A stretch of 64,000 bases of DNA from Eubacteriales bacterium (GCA_045602025.1 JAZSAT010000004.1:7464-71463), one strand, 5' to 3'. Shown: positions 1 through 9,233, numbered from the stretch's first letter. Notes: generated by a model not told the origin, from the sequence alone. Made by a program: numbers and translations.

Positions 1-16
1 CTTTAGGAGGTAACTT

Positions 17-313
17 ATGAGCGAAAAAGAATTGGATATGAATGAATTGGAACCCGATCGCGTCACCCTCACCGACGAAGAAGGGGTAGAAAGAGAATTT
101 GACATCATCGGCACTCTGCAGATGGATGGCAACGACTATTTTGCTCTGGTTGCCGTAGACGGCAACGAGGATGAGTACATCGTTCTCAAGGCAGTAGAGG
201 AAGATGGGGAAGAGGTTCTCATCACCATCGACGACGATGACGAATTCGATCGCGTTGCCGACGCTTTCGACAATGAAATGATGGAAGAGATCGATCTGGA
301 CGAAAACGAATAA
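17..313 (+). CDS. DUF1292 (UPF0473) family small acidic protein
   Basis: 98-aa ORF with AGGAGG upstream of the ATG. Highly acidic, with the ITLTDEEG..EFD..YFAL pattern typical of DUF1292. Confidence 0.8.
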   Translation: MSEKELDMNELEPDRVTLTDEEGVEREFDIIGTLQMDGNDYFALVAVDGNEDEYIVLKAVEEDGEEVLITIDDDDEFDRVADAFDNEMMEEIDLDENE

Positions 314-550
314 ATTTCGTTTTACCTGCCCTTCTCGTGATGAAGACGACAAGAAACCTACGAATTGAAATTGGAGCCCGGCTTCTCAAAACGGCTGCAG
401 ACCTCCCCATGCGGGAAGATGGGAGCACATAAGTTCGAGAGAGGGCACCGCCCCTGGCTATGTGGGGTTTTCACTTCTCTTCACACGGCTGCGGCGGGCT
501 TCAAAATTTATTTTGAATTACCTTTATCGGTTCTATCCGTATAAAAAGGA

Positions 551-585
551 AAAGCCTCGATGAAATTCATCGGGGCTTTTCTCAT
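551..585. terminator. bidirectional hairpin terminator between convergent genes
   Basis: aaagcctcgatgaa/ttcatcggggcttt stem with one G-U pair. T-rich tracts follow on both strands. Confidence 0.6.
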
Positions 586-614
586 TCTTAAGAGAAGATT
601 TTTCTTCTCTTTTT

Positions 615-1301
615 TTATATTCTTTCCAAAATATGGCGAAGGCCTTCCTCAACTGTGGCAAAATTCACACTGGCTCGTTTCGGATCGGGAAGGTCGATCC
701 CGACGGAGTACCCTGCCACATCGAACATGGAATAGTCATTGGTCCAATCACCGAAGGCGATCATATCCTTTACCGAAACACCCGTAATGGAGGAAAGAAG
801 GCGAAGGCCCTCCCCCTTGGACAGGCGGCTGTATTCAATATCAAAGCAGTCCTTGTGCTCGTATACCACAAGCTCCATTTCGGGAGTAATAAAGTCATCC
901 AGCATTTTTTTGATCGGGGGAAAATCCTCCTGAAAATGAGGAAAAGGGGTCAGCGCCGTTTCATTTGGCTGATACCAGATGCGCCCGGGAAACTCTCTTT
1001 CGAGCTTTTTTCGGATCTCCCTTAGGGCCGCGCGGGTGATCTCGGGCATATCCGCCTCTTTGTAATAAACGGGAGGAAGGTTCACTCCTTCCTGGATCAC
1101 ACCGCCGTTTTCCCCAATGAGGATGGCTCCCTCCAGACCCATCTGTCTTGCAAAGCCGCAGAGATAAAAGGTAGGCTTTCCGCTGGAAAGGGCAATGTTC
1201 ACGCCCTTTTCCTCAAGGGCGTGGAGAAGGCGGACCGTTTCTTCCGATGCCGCCTTTCCTACCTTTGCAAGGGTTCCGTCAAGGTCAAATACGGCAAACA
1301 A
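615..1301 (-). CDS. HAD-superfamily (Cof-like, type IIB) hydrolase
   Basis: N-terminal FDLDGTL motif I, SSGK motif and C-terminal GDWTND motif. Confidence 0.75.
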   Translation of the reverse strand: MFAVFDLDGTLAKVGKAASEETVRLLHALEEKGVNIALSSGKPTFYLCGFARQMGLEGAILIGENGGVIQEGVNLPPVYYKEADMPEITRAALREIRKKLEREFPGRIWYQPNETALTPFPHFQEDFPPIKKMLDDFITPEMELVVYEHKDCFDIEYSRLSKGEGLRLLSSITGVSVKDMIAFGDWTNDYSMFDVAGYSVGIDLPDPKRASVNFATVEEGLRHILERI

Positions 1302-1303
1302 GC

Positions 1304-3244
1304 TTAGTCCTCCAGATCCTCAAAGGAGATCACATGAGGCTTTTCTTCCTTGGGCTCTTCCTTTTCCCCGACGATCTTCATATCTTCATCTCCAAGGGCG
1401 ACCTTCACATCTTCGTCTTCCGTTTCGCTAACGATCTTCATATCCTCATCCGGATCGTTCTCTTCTTTTACAAGGTTTTCAATGCTTCCGGAAAATGCGC
1501 GGGTCTGCATCCCCTCTTCGTCCACCTTTTTGGGCGGAATGGGAGGAAGGGAATTTAAGTGCTCGGCAATGCGTTTTGCCTTCTCTTTTTCTTCGGTGAT
1601 CTTGGGATCGGGAGCTTTCTTTTTCTCGTCTTTCTTTCCGGTCTCTTCCTCTTTGCTCTTTTTCTTCTGAATTACAACCGTGGTAATGATGGCTGCTACC
1701 GCGCCCAAAGAGATCACAATGATCAAAATCCAGATCCAAAGAGAAGCGCCTTTTTCTTTTTTCTCGTCCTTCTTATCGGCGGAATCCTTTTCGGAAGCGA
1801 TCACATCCCCTTCAAAGAGAGCAATGGCACCAAGATCCTCCGCTTCTACGGTAATATAGGTAACGGCCGATGTTTCGGTCACCTTGGTGTCAAGGCTTGT
1901 TACAGAAGAAGACAGAAGCCCTGCCGTAATGGTTTCGGGATCAAATTTTCCCTCTTCCTTTGCAAGGGGGATCTGAATGCGAAGGGAGGCTCTGCTTAAA
2001 AGCTCGAGCTTTTTGCCCGATTGATCTACAAGCTCTACCTTAAAGCCCTTGATCATCTTACCAAGGCTCGCTTCCAATTCTTCCTTTTCCTCGGCAGAAA
2101 GAAGAGAAAGGGACAGAATTGCTCCCTCGGGGATAGAGCCCTTGGGTGCGCTGATGCGGATCTTGGCTCCGTCTTTTCCGGAAATATAGCTGCGGTCTGC
2201 AATATCCTTCACCTGAACAAAAGGAAGCTTGCCCACATCAATAACGGTAAGAGTACCTTGCTCCACGCGGATCTCATAGTTTTCCGCAACCTCGTCGGGA
2301 AAGCTGAGGGTACCGATGAGAATGGAGTATTTTCCTACTTCCTCACCCTCCAGTCTTTCGATCTTACCGGTCAATTCATCGTAGATCTCACCCAAAACCT
2401 CATAGGTAAATTCGGGATCGGGCTCGAATACATTTTTCTCCGCATCGTGGATCTCGATCGTAACCACATGGGGATCGATGGTGATCTTCTGAGATGCGCT
2501 CTTGGTGGTTTTTGTGCCCACAGAGGTGCCTACCGTAAGGGAGGCAGATACCTGAACATAGTATTCACCGGAATCGGAAACATTTTTCAGTGCAAGCTTT
2601 TCGCCTGTTTTTCCTTCCAGAAGCTTGTCATCCCGATACCAACTGAAGCTATATTCCACGCCCTCGGTCTTTTCCACCATAGCAGTAAGGACTGTTTCTT
2701 TTCCGTCGTACTCTTTTTTCTTATCTCCCTCTACCGTGAGAGAGACCTTGGGAGTATAATCGCCGGGGGTCGCAACAAAATCACAGAAGAAAACGATCTT
2801 TTCTCCCTCATTTTCCTTATGCTTTGCCACGGTAGAATTTACAATAAAATGAGTCTCTCCGTCCTTCACCAAGGGTGCCTCTCCGTCAAACTCAAGGGTG
2901 ATGAAAATACGGTATGTACGGCCGGCAACAAATTTATCGTCGGAAGTAAGCTTCACATCCTCATGGTCGGCTTCCACCCAGTAGGCATCCAGCCCCTGAA
3001 AGGGCATTTCCTTCGGAGTTCCCGAGCCTTCCAGCACACGGACCTTAACATTAAGTGCATCTCCCGGCTTTCTATCTACCTTTTTTCCGGCAACGGGCAA
3101 GGGAAGTCCTGTGACATCTACGCTGAGAGCTACCGTCTCCTTTGTTTCATTCTGCTCAGCACCTGTTTCGGCGGATACGCCGATGGCAAGGGAGAAGAGA
3201 AGCAAAAGTGTCAAAGAAAAGCAAAGAATTTTTTTCATTTTCAT
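1304..3244 (-). CDS. type-I membrane-anchored surface protein (Ig-like/MBG-like repeats, acidic cytoplasmic tail)
   Basis: Signal peptide MKMKKILCFSLTLLLLFSLAIGVSA. One TM helix (LWIWILIIVISLGAVAAIITTVVI) near the C-terminus. MBG-like segment ..GKYSILIGTLS..NYEIRVEQGTLTV. Confidence 0.65.
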   Translation of the reverse strand: MKMKKILCFSLTLLLLFSLAIGVSAETGAEQNETKETVALSVDVTGLPLPVAGKKVDRKPGDALNVKVRVLEGSGTPKEMPFQGLDAYWVEADHEDVKLTSDDKFVAGRTYRIFITLEFDGEAPLVKDGETHFIVNSTVAKHKENEGEKIVFFCDFVATPGDYTPKVSLTVEGDKKKEYDGKETVLTAMVEKTEGVEYSFSWYRDDKLLEGKTGEKLALKNVSDSGEYYVQVSASLTVGTSVGTKTTKSASQKITIDPHVVTIEIHDAEKNVFEPDPEFTYEVLGEIYDELTGKIERLEGEEVGKYSILIGTLSFPDEVAENYEIRVEQGTLTVIDVGKLPFVQVKDIADRSYISGKDGAKIRISAPKGSIPEGAILSLSLLSAEEKEELEASLGKMIKGFKVELVDQSGKKLELLSRASLRIQIPLAKEEGKFDPETITAGLLSSSVTSLDTKVTETSAVTYITVEAEDLGAIALFEGDVIASEKDSADKKDEKKEKGASLWIWILIIVISLGAVAAIITTVVIQKKKSKEEETGKKDEKKKAPDPKITEEKEKAKRIAEHLNSLPPIPPKKVDEEGMQTRAFSGSIENLVKEENDPDEDMKIVSETEDEDVKVALGDEDMKIVGEKEEPKEEKPHVISFEDLED

Positions 3245-3253
3245 TTCTCCTTT

Positions 3254-3754
3254 TCAGTAAGAGGTAATGGGAAGGGTCGGATCGTCTTCCCCTTTTTCGA
3301 TCTTTCGGATCACAGCAAAGTAGGAATAGCTTGGAGTAGGAGAGATCCGAATGCGGTCTCCCACCTTTTTCCCTAAAATCACCTGTCCCAAGGGGGATTC
3401 CTTGGAAACACACCCCTCCAAAACATTTTCTCTTAATGTAGTAACAATGCGGTAGGTTTCCTCCACATCGTCTTCTTCTATATAAAGAGTGACTTTATCA
3501 AAAAGCCCCACCTCATCACCTGAGGAGCAGTCCTCAATGATCTTTGCGGTGGCGATCATATTCTGCAGGTAGCGAATGCGGGAATCGTTTTTCCCCTTCT
3601 CGCGCTTTGCGGTGCGGTATTCATCGTTTTCGGAAAGATCCCCAAGCTCCCGCGCTTGCTGAACATCTGCCCGAAGCTGCGGGCGCAAGGAGATGCGGTA
3701 ATCGATCTCCTCCTGCATTTTTTGGATATCCACTTTTGTCAGTTCGTCGTACAT
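3254..3754 (-). CDS. greA: transcription elongation factor GreA
   Basis: GreA motifs (RELGDLSENDEYRTAKRE; C-terminal SxxSPLG..LGKKVGD). Start moved to MYDELTKV (ATG 3754, GAAAGG SD), directly after the upstream stop. Confidence 0.9.
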   Translation of the reverse strand: MYDELTKVDIQKMQEEIDYRISLRPQLRADVQQARELGDLSENDEYRTAKREKGKNDSRIRYLQNMIATAKIIEDCSSGDEVGLFDKVTLYIEEDDVEETYRIVTTLRENVLEGCVSKESPLGQVILGKKVGDRIRISPTPSYSYFAVIRKIEKGEDDPTLPITSY

Positions 3755-3755
3755 A

Positions 3756-5099
3756 TTAAACCTTTCTGAGCCCCTTGGGATATAGATTTTTCCCACGGCC
3801 ACCCGATGCTTTCACACCGCCGAGAGGAATTTTTCCTGCAAAGAGCGTACCGTACCCCTTGCCCTCCAGGGGAATCTCCTCCCCTCTCAGATAATCCTCC
3901 ACCCGAGGGTCGGTAACAGAGATCACAAAGCGGTTTTTCATTTCTTCCCCGAACGCACGGAAAAAGCGGTGGTGAGGAACAAGCCTCCCCTTTTGCACCG
4001 TGCCCAAAAGCACACCGGGGGAAGAAAAGAGCTCCTTGTCAAAGGGCATCCTTGGTACAAGATATGCATCATCCCCGCGGAAATAGATTTCTTCCTCAGG
4101 GAAAATGGCAAGCTGCTCCTTCAAAAAAGCCTCTGCCGTTTCCATTCTCCCACCCTTCTTTTTCGGCTTTTCCTTTTTCTTTTTTGCCTGAATGGGAAAA
4201 GCCTTTTCCCCTTCTTTTCTCAAAATGGCAAGAAACTGTCCCTCTCCGGGGAAAACATGGGGGTAAAAGCGAAGGGTCATCGAAAGATCTCCTTCCCTTC
4301 CCAAGGCCATCACCTCTTTCCCGGGGGAAACAAGGGAAAATTCGGGATGCTCCGCTAAAAAGCAGGTGATGTTTTCTTCATTTTCTTCTTTCGACCAGGT
4401 ACAAGTAGAATAAAGGATCCTTCCGCCGGGGCAAACTGCCCTTGCGGCACTTTCCAGAATCCCTTTTTGAATTTCGGCAAGGGTTCGGATCTTCTCCTCG
4501 CTCCAATCCTCCGCCGCACCCTCGTTTTTGCGCATCATACCTTCGCCGGAGCAAGGCACATCTGCGATCACAAGATCAAAGGAGGATGTAAAAGAGGCGG
4601 GCAAATCCCTTGCGTCAAAGCCTGTAACAAGAGCTCTTTTTTCTCCCAGACGCTCTATGTTTTGCATCAGAACTCTTCTACGGGGAAACGAGGGCTCGTT
4701 ACAAATAAGGATCCCGTCTTCTGCCAGAACACTTTCCGCCGCTTGCAGACTTTTTCCGCCGGGAGAAGCGCAAAGATCAAGAATGCGCTCCGCCTTCTCT
4801 TTGCCGAGAGCAGCCACGGGTGCCATCGCCGCAGGCTCCTGTACATAGATCCCGCCTGCGTGATGCAAGAAGTGATTTCCGATGCCTTCCAGATCAAAAT
4901 AGTAAGACAAAGAGCAAAAGGGGATCCTTTCCTTCACACAGTCGCCAAGAAGAGAAAAAACATCCTCCTCCGACAGCATGCGGGAATTTGCGCGAAAAGA
5001 CCGCTTGGGCTCTTCTTCAAGGCTTTTAAAAAAAAGAGGTGCTTCGGGGCCGAGTTCTCTTTCCATACGGTCACAAAATGCCTTTGGCAGTGCCATCAA
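3756..5099 (-). CDS. NOL1/NOP2/Sun-family RNA cytosine-C5 methyltransferase (RsmF/RsmB-like)
   Basis: SAM motif DLCASPGGKS and catalytic DVPCSGEGMMRK and STCT motifs. Confidence 0.85.
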   Translation of the reverse strand: MMALPKAFCDRMERELGPEAPLFFKSLEEEPKRSFRANSRMLSEEDVFSLLGDCVKERIPFCSLSYYFDLEGIGNHFLHHAGGIYVQEPAAMAPVAALGKEKAERILDLCASPGGKSLQAAESVLAEDGILICNEPSFPRRRVLMQNIERLGEKRALVTGFDARDLPASFTSSFDLVIADVPCSGEGMMRKNEGAAEDWSEEKIRTLAEIQKGILESAARAVCPGGRILYSTCTWSKEENEENITCFLAEHPEFSLVSPGKEVMALGREGDLSMTLRFYPHVFPGEGQFLAILRKEGEKAFPIQAKKKKEKPKKKGGRMETAEAFLKEQLAIFPEEEIYFRGDDAYLVPRMPFDKELFSSPGVLLGTVQKGRLVPHHRFFRAFGEEMKNRFVISVTDPRVEDYLRGEEIPLEGKGYGTLFAGKIPLGGVKASGGRGKNLYPKGLRKV

Positions 5100-5187
5100 A
5101 CCCCTCCCTCTCTTTTTTCCTAAACTATATCACAGAATATAGAAAAAAACAATGAAAAAATAGTTACAATTTTATGAGTGAAAACCC

Positions 5188-5883
5188 TCAGTCCTTCAAA
5201 ACACGAAGAAGAAGCTCTGCGCCGCGGGATGCGGCCTTATCTGCAAAAAGGGCGTAGTCCATCTCGTTTTTCCCCGAAAAGGAATCGGAAATGGCGCGGA
5301 TACAGGCAAAAGGCACCTCATTTACATAAGCCACCTGCGCGATGGCAGCCCCTTCCATTTCACAGGCAATGGGGGAAAAGGTCTCTATGATCCTTTCCTT
5401 CTGCTCTTTTTTGGCAATAAACTGATCTCCCGAGGCAATGCGTCCGGGGATCGCAGTCACGGAAAGCTCCTTTGCGGCCGAAAGGATCTCCTCTCTCAAA
5501 ACTTTATCCGCAGGGATGGAAACGATGTTGATCCCCGAGATCAGTCCCACAGGATCCCCAAGAGGGGAGGTGTCCATGTCGTGCTGTACCAGATCCTCCG
5601 CCACCGCAACATCTAAAATATCAAGGCTTTCGCTGAGAGACCCTGCCACACCGGAATTGATGATGCAGTCAGGCTTAAAGATAAGGATCATAGTCTGGGC
5701 ACACATAGCGGCAAACACCTTGCCGATGCCGCAAACGGAAAGGACAACTTCCTTATCTCCGATCCTACCGGTGAAAAAGGTCATATTTCCCACCTTTTCT
5801 TCTTTCTTTTCCTGAAACGCCGAGAGAAGATTTTTCGCTTCCGTTTCCATGGCACAGATCATGCCGATCTTTTTATACTTCAT
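5188..5883 (-). CDS. mtnN: 5'-methylthioadenosine/S-adenosylhomocysteine nucleosidase
   Basis: IGMICAMETEA N-terminus, GIGKV, SGVAGS and EMEGAA motifs. Confidence 0.85.
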   Translation of the reverse strand: MKYKKIGMICAMETEAKNLLSAFQEKKEEKVGNMTFFTGRIGDKEVVLSVCGIGKVFAAMCAQTMILIFKPDCIINSGVAGSLSESLDILDVAVAEDLVQHDMDTSPLGDPVGLISGINIVSIPADKVLREEILSAAKELSVTAIPGRIASGDQFIAKKEQKERIIETFSPIACEMEGAAIAQVAYVNEVPFACIRAISDSFSGKNEMDYALFADKAASRGAELLLRVLKD

Positions 5884-6337
5884 ACTGAAAATCGATCTCT
5901 CTTTCCTTTAAAATTTCAAGATATTTTTTGCATTCCTTTTTGCCTTCCTCTAAGGAAAGATTGCGGAAATTGCCGCATTCCTCTTCCTTTTCTCCGGGCA
6001 TGGGCCCCTCATAAACGAGGATCTCCTCCAAAACACGGAAGATCTCCTCCTTCACAGTCTCGGGTGCAAGGTCTCTTGTGATCAGATAAAACCCTGTCTG
6101 ACAGCCCATAGGACCAAAATACAAAATATTTTCGCTAAAAGGACCGTTCCGCACGAAGGTGGCAAACAAATGCTCCACCGAGTGCATGGCAAGATTGGAA
6201 AGATAATCCCCGCCGTTGGGCTTTCTGCACCGAAGGTCAAAGGTGGTAGCATCTCCGTCTTTTCTGGAAATATAAAGACCTGGCAAAAGCTTTTTGTGGT
6301 CTACGGTAAAGCTCTGTATTTTTTTCATTTTTCTCAT
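5873..6337 (-). CDS. luxS: S-ribosylhomocysteine lyase LuxS
   Basis: SFTVDH..., HSVEHLFA metal motif and GPMGCQTGFYL. ATG at 6328 (MKKIQSF) has the better SD and may be the real start. Confidence 0.9.
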   Translation of the reverse strand: MRKMKKIQSFTVDHKKLLPGLYISRKDGDATTFDLRCRKPNGGDYLSNLAMHSVEHLFATFVRNGPFSENILYFGPMGCQTGFYLITRDLAPETVKEEIFRVLEEILVYEGPMPGEKEEECGNFRNLSLEEGKKECKKYLEILKEREIDFQYEV

Positions 6338-7272
6338 CCTTTATTGTATAAACTGATGTTTTCGACATCGATCTTCTCGCCGAATGCAGAAAGAAGTGCC
6401 TTTTCAAAATCCTCGTGCAAGGGCGCAGTCACAGAGATCTCTTCTCCCTTTATGGGGTGAGGAAAGGTCAGCCTCAGCGCGTGAAGCCCTTGCCGTGAAA
6501 TGATTTCAGATTCCCTTCCGTAAAGGGTATCCCCCGCCAGAGGAAAACCGATGGCGGAAAAATGGGCGCGGAGCTGATGGGTCCGCCCTGTAATGGGGCT
6601 TGCCAAAAAGAGATGATAAGTCCCGCGGCTTTTTAAAAGGACAAAACGGGTCAGAGCCGTCTCCCCTTCCTTTTCCGTACCGTCGGCAGGAAAGCAAACA
6701 CGCTTGATATAGCTTTCCTCGTCCCGCTTGATGCAAAGATCAATTTCTCCTTTTTCGGGAGGTACCTTTTCGCTTTCGCAAAGAACAAGGTACTCCTTTT
6801 TGATCTTGTGATCACGGATCAGGTGAAAAAACTTGCCGCCCACTACACGGGTCTTCGCGCTGATCACCACACCGCTGGTATCCTTATCCAGCCTTCCGGC
6901 TGCGCGGAACACCATAGGGTATCTGTGGTAGAGAATGCGCCCTGCAAGGGTGTCATCCTGAAGCTTTTTGGACGGGTGTACCGCCATGCCCGCAGGCTTG
7001 TTCACCGCGATCAGATCCTCATCCTCAAAAAGAATGTCAATAGGGCCACAGCTTTCCTGAATACGGGGAGAAGGGGCAGTGTCCTCGGTCAGAAGGGAAA
7101 GCAGGTCCCCTTCCTGAAGAACATAGCGCACGGTCCTGTGCTCACCGTTTACCGTAATGCCCATCTCTTTTGTCTTAAGGCTCGTTACGGCAGCGCGGGA
7201 AAAGCGGAGCCTGTCAAGCAGAACCTTCTTAATGGTAAGCCCTGCAAAATCACGACCTACAGAAATCTCCAT
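6334..7272 (-). CDS. RluA-family pseudouridine synthase (RluD-like, N-terminal S4 domain)
   Basis: GRLDKDTSG catalytic Asp motif and HQLRAH motif. Its stop overlaps the luxS ORF start (ATGA). Confidence 0.85.
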   Translation of the reverse strand: MEISVGRDFAGLTIKKVLLDRLRFSRAAVTSLKTKEMGITVNGEHRTVRYVLQEGDLLSLLTEDTAPSPRIQESCGPIDILFEDEDLIAVNKPAGMAVHPSKKLQDDTLAGRILYHRYPMVFRAAGRLDKDTSGVVISAKTRVVGGKFFHLIRDHKIKKEYLVLCESEKVPPEKGEIDLCIKRDEESYIKRVCFPADGTEKEGETALTRFVLLKSRGTYHLFLASPITGRTHQLRAHFSAIGFPLAGDTLYGRESEIISRQGLHALRLTFPHPIKGEEISVTAPLHEDFEKALLSAFGEKIDVENISLYNKG

Positions 7273-7354
7273 CTCTTTCCCCCTTCCCTTTTTTCATCAT
7301 ACATCACAGTATATCACATTTTTTTCTTCATTTCCATACTTTCAAAAAAATCTC

Positions 7355-7383
7355 TTGACAAAGCACAAAAGTTGTGCTATCAT
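7355..7383 (+). promoter_or_regulatory. sigma-70-type promoter for tRNA-Lys
   Basis: TTGACA, 17-nt spacer, TATCAT, about 25 nt upstream of the tRNA 5' end. Confidence 0.55.
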
Positions 7384-7408
7384 AAGAGGCACGCTTGAGA
7401 GAGCGTAT

Positions 7409-7484
7409 GATTCATTAGCTCAGCCGGTAGAGCACTTGACTTTTAATCAAGGGGTCCGGAGTTCGAATCTCCGATGAATCACCA
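7409..7484 (+). tRNA. tRNA-Lys (anticodon UUU)
   Basis: 76-nt cloverleaf folded by hand: acceptor GATTCAT/ATGAATC, D-stem GCTC/GAGC, anticodon stem CTTGA/TCAAG with loop CTTTTAA, T-arm CGGAG-TTCGAAT-CTCCG, encoded CCA. Confidence 0.95.
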
Positions 7485-7486
7485 AG

Positions 7487-7524
7487 ATACCCGAAACCCT
7501 CGTGGTTTCGGGTATTTTCTTTTG
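7487..7524 (+). terminator. rho-independent terminator after tRNA-Lys
   Basis: atacccgaaacc/ggtttcgggtat 12-bp stem followed by a T-rich run. Confidence 0.8.
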
Positions 7525-7624
7525 TTTTTACAAAATTTCTTGAACGCTTGATTTTTGGCATAAAAATTAAAAATCAAGAGGACAGAGCTTTGTCCTTGTA
7601 TTATAATAGATTTGAAGTGATAGG

Positions 7625-8137
7625 ATGGAAGAAAAACAATTGCCGCAGGGAAAACATCCAAGGTTGAAAGATTTTAATTATGATATTTCCGGCGCATATT
7701 TTATTACCATTTGTGTACAGGATCGAAGGCCGCTCCTTTCCCATGTAGGGCGGGGGCTTGCTCCCGCCGATGAACCGAAAATCAATCCAACTCCGTTGGG
7801 AAAAATGGTGGAAGAAGAACTTTTATCTTTGAATAAAAGATTTCCTTTTATCACCGTTGAACAATATGTAATTATGCCCAACCATATCCATGCAATATTG
7901 CTTTATGATGAAGATGCGGCGGGAGCAAGCCCCCGCCCTACCGTAATGGATGTGGTTTGTGCGTTCAAATCCCTTTCTACAAAAAGATGTAAAGAAATAA
8001 TCCCTATCAAAAAATTATTTCAAACATCCTTTTTTGAACATGTGATCCGCGATCGGGAAGATTATCAAAATCACACAAGGTACATCTTCGAAAATCCACT
8101 CAAATGGAAAGAGGACGAATTGTATATAGAAACCTAA
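7625..8137 (+). CDS. IS200-like Y1 (HUH) transposase, REP-associated tyrosine transposase (RAYT)-like
   Basis: 170 aa. HUH motif MPNHIHAIL and a C-terminal RYIFENPLKW Tyr region. No IS605-type partner ORF or obvious terminal hairpin pair. Confidence 0.75.
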   Translation: MEEKQLPQGKHPRLKDFNYDISGAYFITICVQDRRPLLSHVGRGLAPADEPKINPTPLGKMVEEELLSLNKRFPFITVEQYVIMPNHIHAILLYDEDAAGASPRPTVMDVVCAFKSLSTKRCKEIIPIKKLFQTSFFEHVIRDREDYQNHTRYIFENPLKWKEDELYIET

Positions 8138-8141
8138 CAAA

Positions 8142-8176
8142 AAGGAGCACGACTGGAAATCGTGCTCCTTACTTTA
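8142..8176. terminator. bidirectional terminator between the RAYT and XRE genes
   Basis: aaggagcacga/tcgtgctcctt 11-bp stem with T-rich flanks on both strands. Confidence 0.65.
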
Positions 8177-8411
8177 TTTCTTGTTCTAAATTTGCAAATT
8201 CCGGAGAATCAAAAAAATCATTCAGGCTGATCCCCAAGCCGTCACACAGCATTTTTATGGTAACGATTCCGGGATTTGTGCTTTTGCCGTAAAGAATATT
8301 TTTCACCGTCGAGGGCGGCACCGCAGATTCGATGGCAAGCTTGTGAATGGAAAGCCGCCTTTCCTCCAAAAGAAACAGCAATCGGTTTTTCACAGCGGAA
8401 TAAGTATCCAT
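8169..8411 (-). CDS. XRE-family helix-turn-helix transcriptional regulator
   Basis: 80 aa with an HTH_3-like core (LSIHKLAIESAVPPSTVKNILYGKS). Confidence 0.8.
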   Translation of the reverse strand: MDTYSAVKNRLLFLLEERRLSIHKLAIESAVPPSTVKNILYGKSTNPGIVTIKMLCDGLGISLNDFFDSPEFANLEQEIK

Positions 8412-8457
8412 AAAATTTTCTCCTATATTTTCTTATTAAAATTATAGGATTATTTTC

Positions 8458-8486
8458 TTGACTTTATGGGCTATATATGATACTAT
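8458..8486 (+). promoter_or_regulatory. putative promoter of the zinc-ribbon gene, with flanking 7-bp inverted arms
   Basis: TTGACT, 17-nt spacer, TACTAT. gggctat (8468-8474) and atagccc (8498-8504) bracket the -10 and could be an operator for the divergent XRE. Confidence 0.45.
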
Positions 8487-8598
8487 TTAGACTATAAATA
8501 GCCCAAAACCTGTTTTTGTTCAAAAATACTTGGGCCAAGCGGCAAAATCGTTGAAAAACGAAACCTGCCGTAAAAAATTAATAAAAAGGAGAAACATT

Positions 8599-9231
8599 AT
8601 GAAAAACACTTTGACCAATTGCAAGGCTTGCGGACAAGAAATGGCAAAAAATGCAAAATCCTGTCCTCATTGCGGAGCGAAGAACAAAAAACCGATCTTT
8701 ACCAAATGGTGGTTTTGGGTCATTGTTGTAATGTTTGTGGCGATCATTGCCGGAGCCGGCAACAGCGGAAGCGACAATAACAGCAACGATAACAATGCAG
8801 CAGAAAAAGAATCCGAAAAAGTAAATAACGAGGTAAACAACATATCCTCGGTTTTTGACGGTGATTGCGGAATTACCGCTTCTGCAGAAATCGGAAAAAA
8901 TGTGATTAATTACCCGGAAATCAAAATCACTATGACCAACACAACCGAAAAAGAAATTGCCGCTGTGCAATTCTATGCTGTTCCCTATGATGTATACGGC
9001 GATGAAATCAAAGGATGGACAACGCAGAGCAAACTATACACCGACACACCCATCGCAGCAGGAAAAACCACAAGCATATCTTATCAGTTAATTGAAGATT
9101 CGGTAAAAACTGTAAAATTATATGTATACAGTGTCTTTTTTGCAGACGGTACGGAATGGGGCGACAAAGACGCTACGACTTCAAAAATCCTAAAAGAGGC
9201 CCCAACAATCGAAGTAGAAGTAAAATCATAA
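8599..9231 (+). CDS. zinc-ribbon membrane protein with extracellular beta-rich domain
   Basis: Start at MKNTLTNCKACGQEM (GGAG SD). CxxC...CPHC zinc ribbon, one TM helix and an N/S-rich linker. Confidence 0.7.
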   Translation: MKNTLTNCKACGQEMAKNAKSCPHCGAKNKKPIFTKWWFWVIVVMFVAIIAGAGNSGSDNNSNDNNAAEKESEKVNNEVNNISSVFDGDCGITASAEIGKNVINYPEIKITMTNTTEKEIAAVQFYAVPYDVYGDEIKGWTTQSKLYTDTPIAAGKTTSISYQLIEDSVKTVKLYVYSVFFADGTEWGDKDATTSKILKEAPTIEVEVKS

Positions 9232-9233
9232 AA

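Noticed and set aside
314-550. tmRNA, SRP RNA or RNase P RNA in the convergent gap
   Set aside because: No tRNA-like 3' end with CCA context, no SRP domain-IV GGAA/AGCA motif and no GAGGAAAGUCC-type RNase P box was found on either strand. It is kept only as an unassigned candidate.
2021-3376. 451-aa + strand ORF
   Set aside because: It is the antisense shadow of the 1304..3244 surface-protein gene and greA. It has no SD, its composition is junk-like (Cys/Phe/Leu/Arg-rich), and the opposite strand has clear domain features.
3755-3802. N-terminal 16-aa extension of greA in the ORF track. Similar extensions occur for upp (33879-33947), htrA (39588-39668), the MBL hydrolase (47407-47493), the Zn-ribbon gene (8530-8598) and SGNH (58921-59013).
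   Set aside because: Each extension overlaps the upstream gene or lacks an SD, while the internal ATG has a good SD and matches the family N-terminus.
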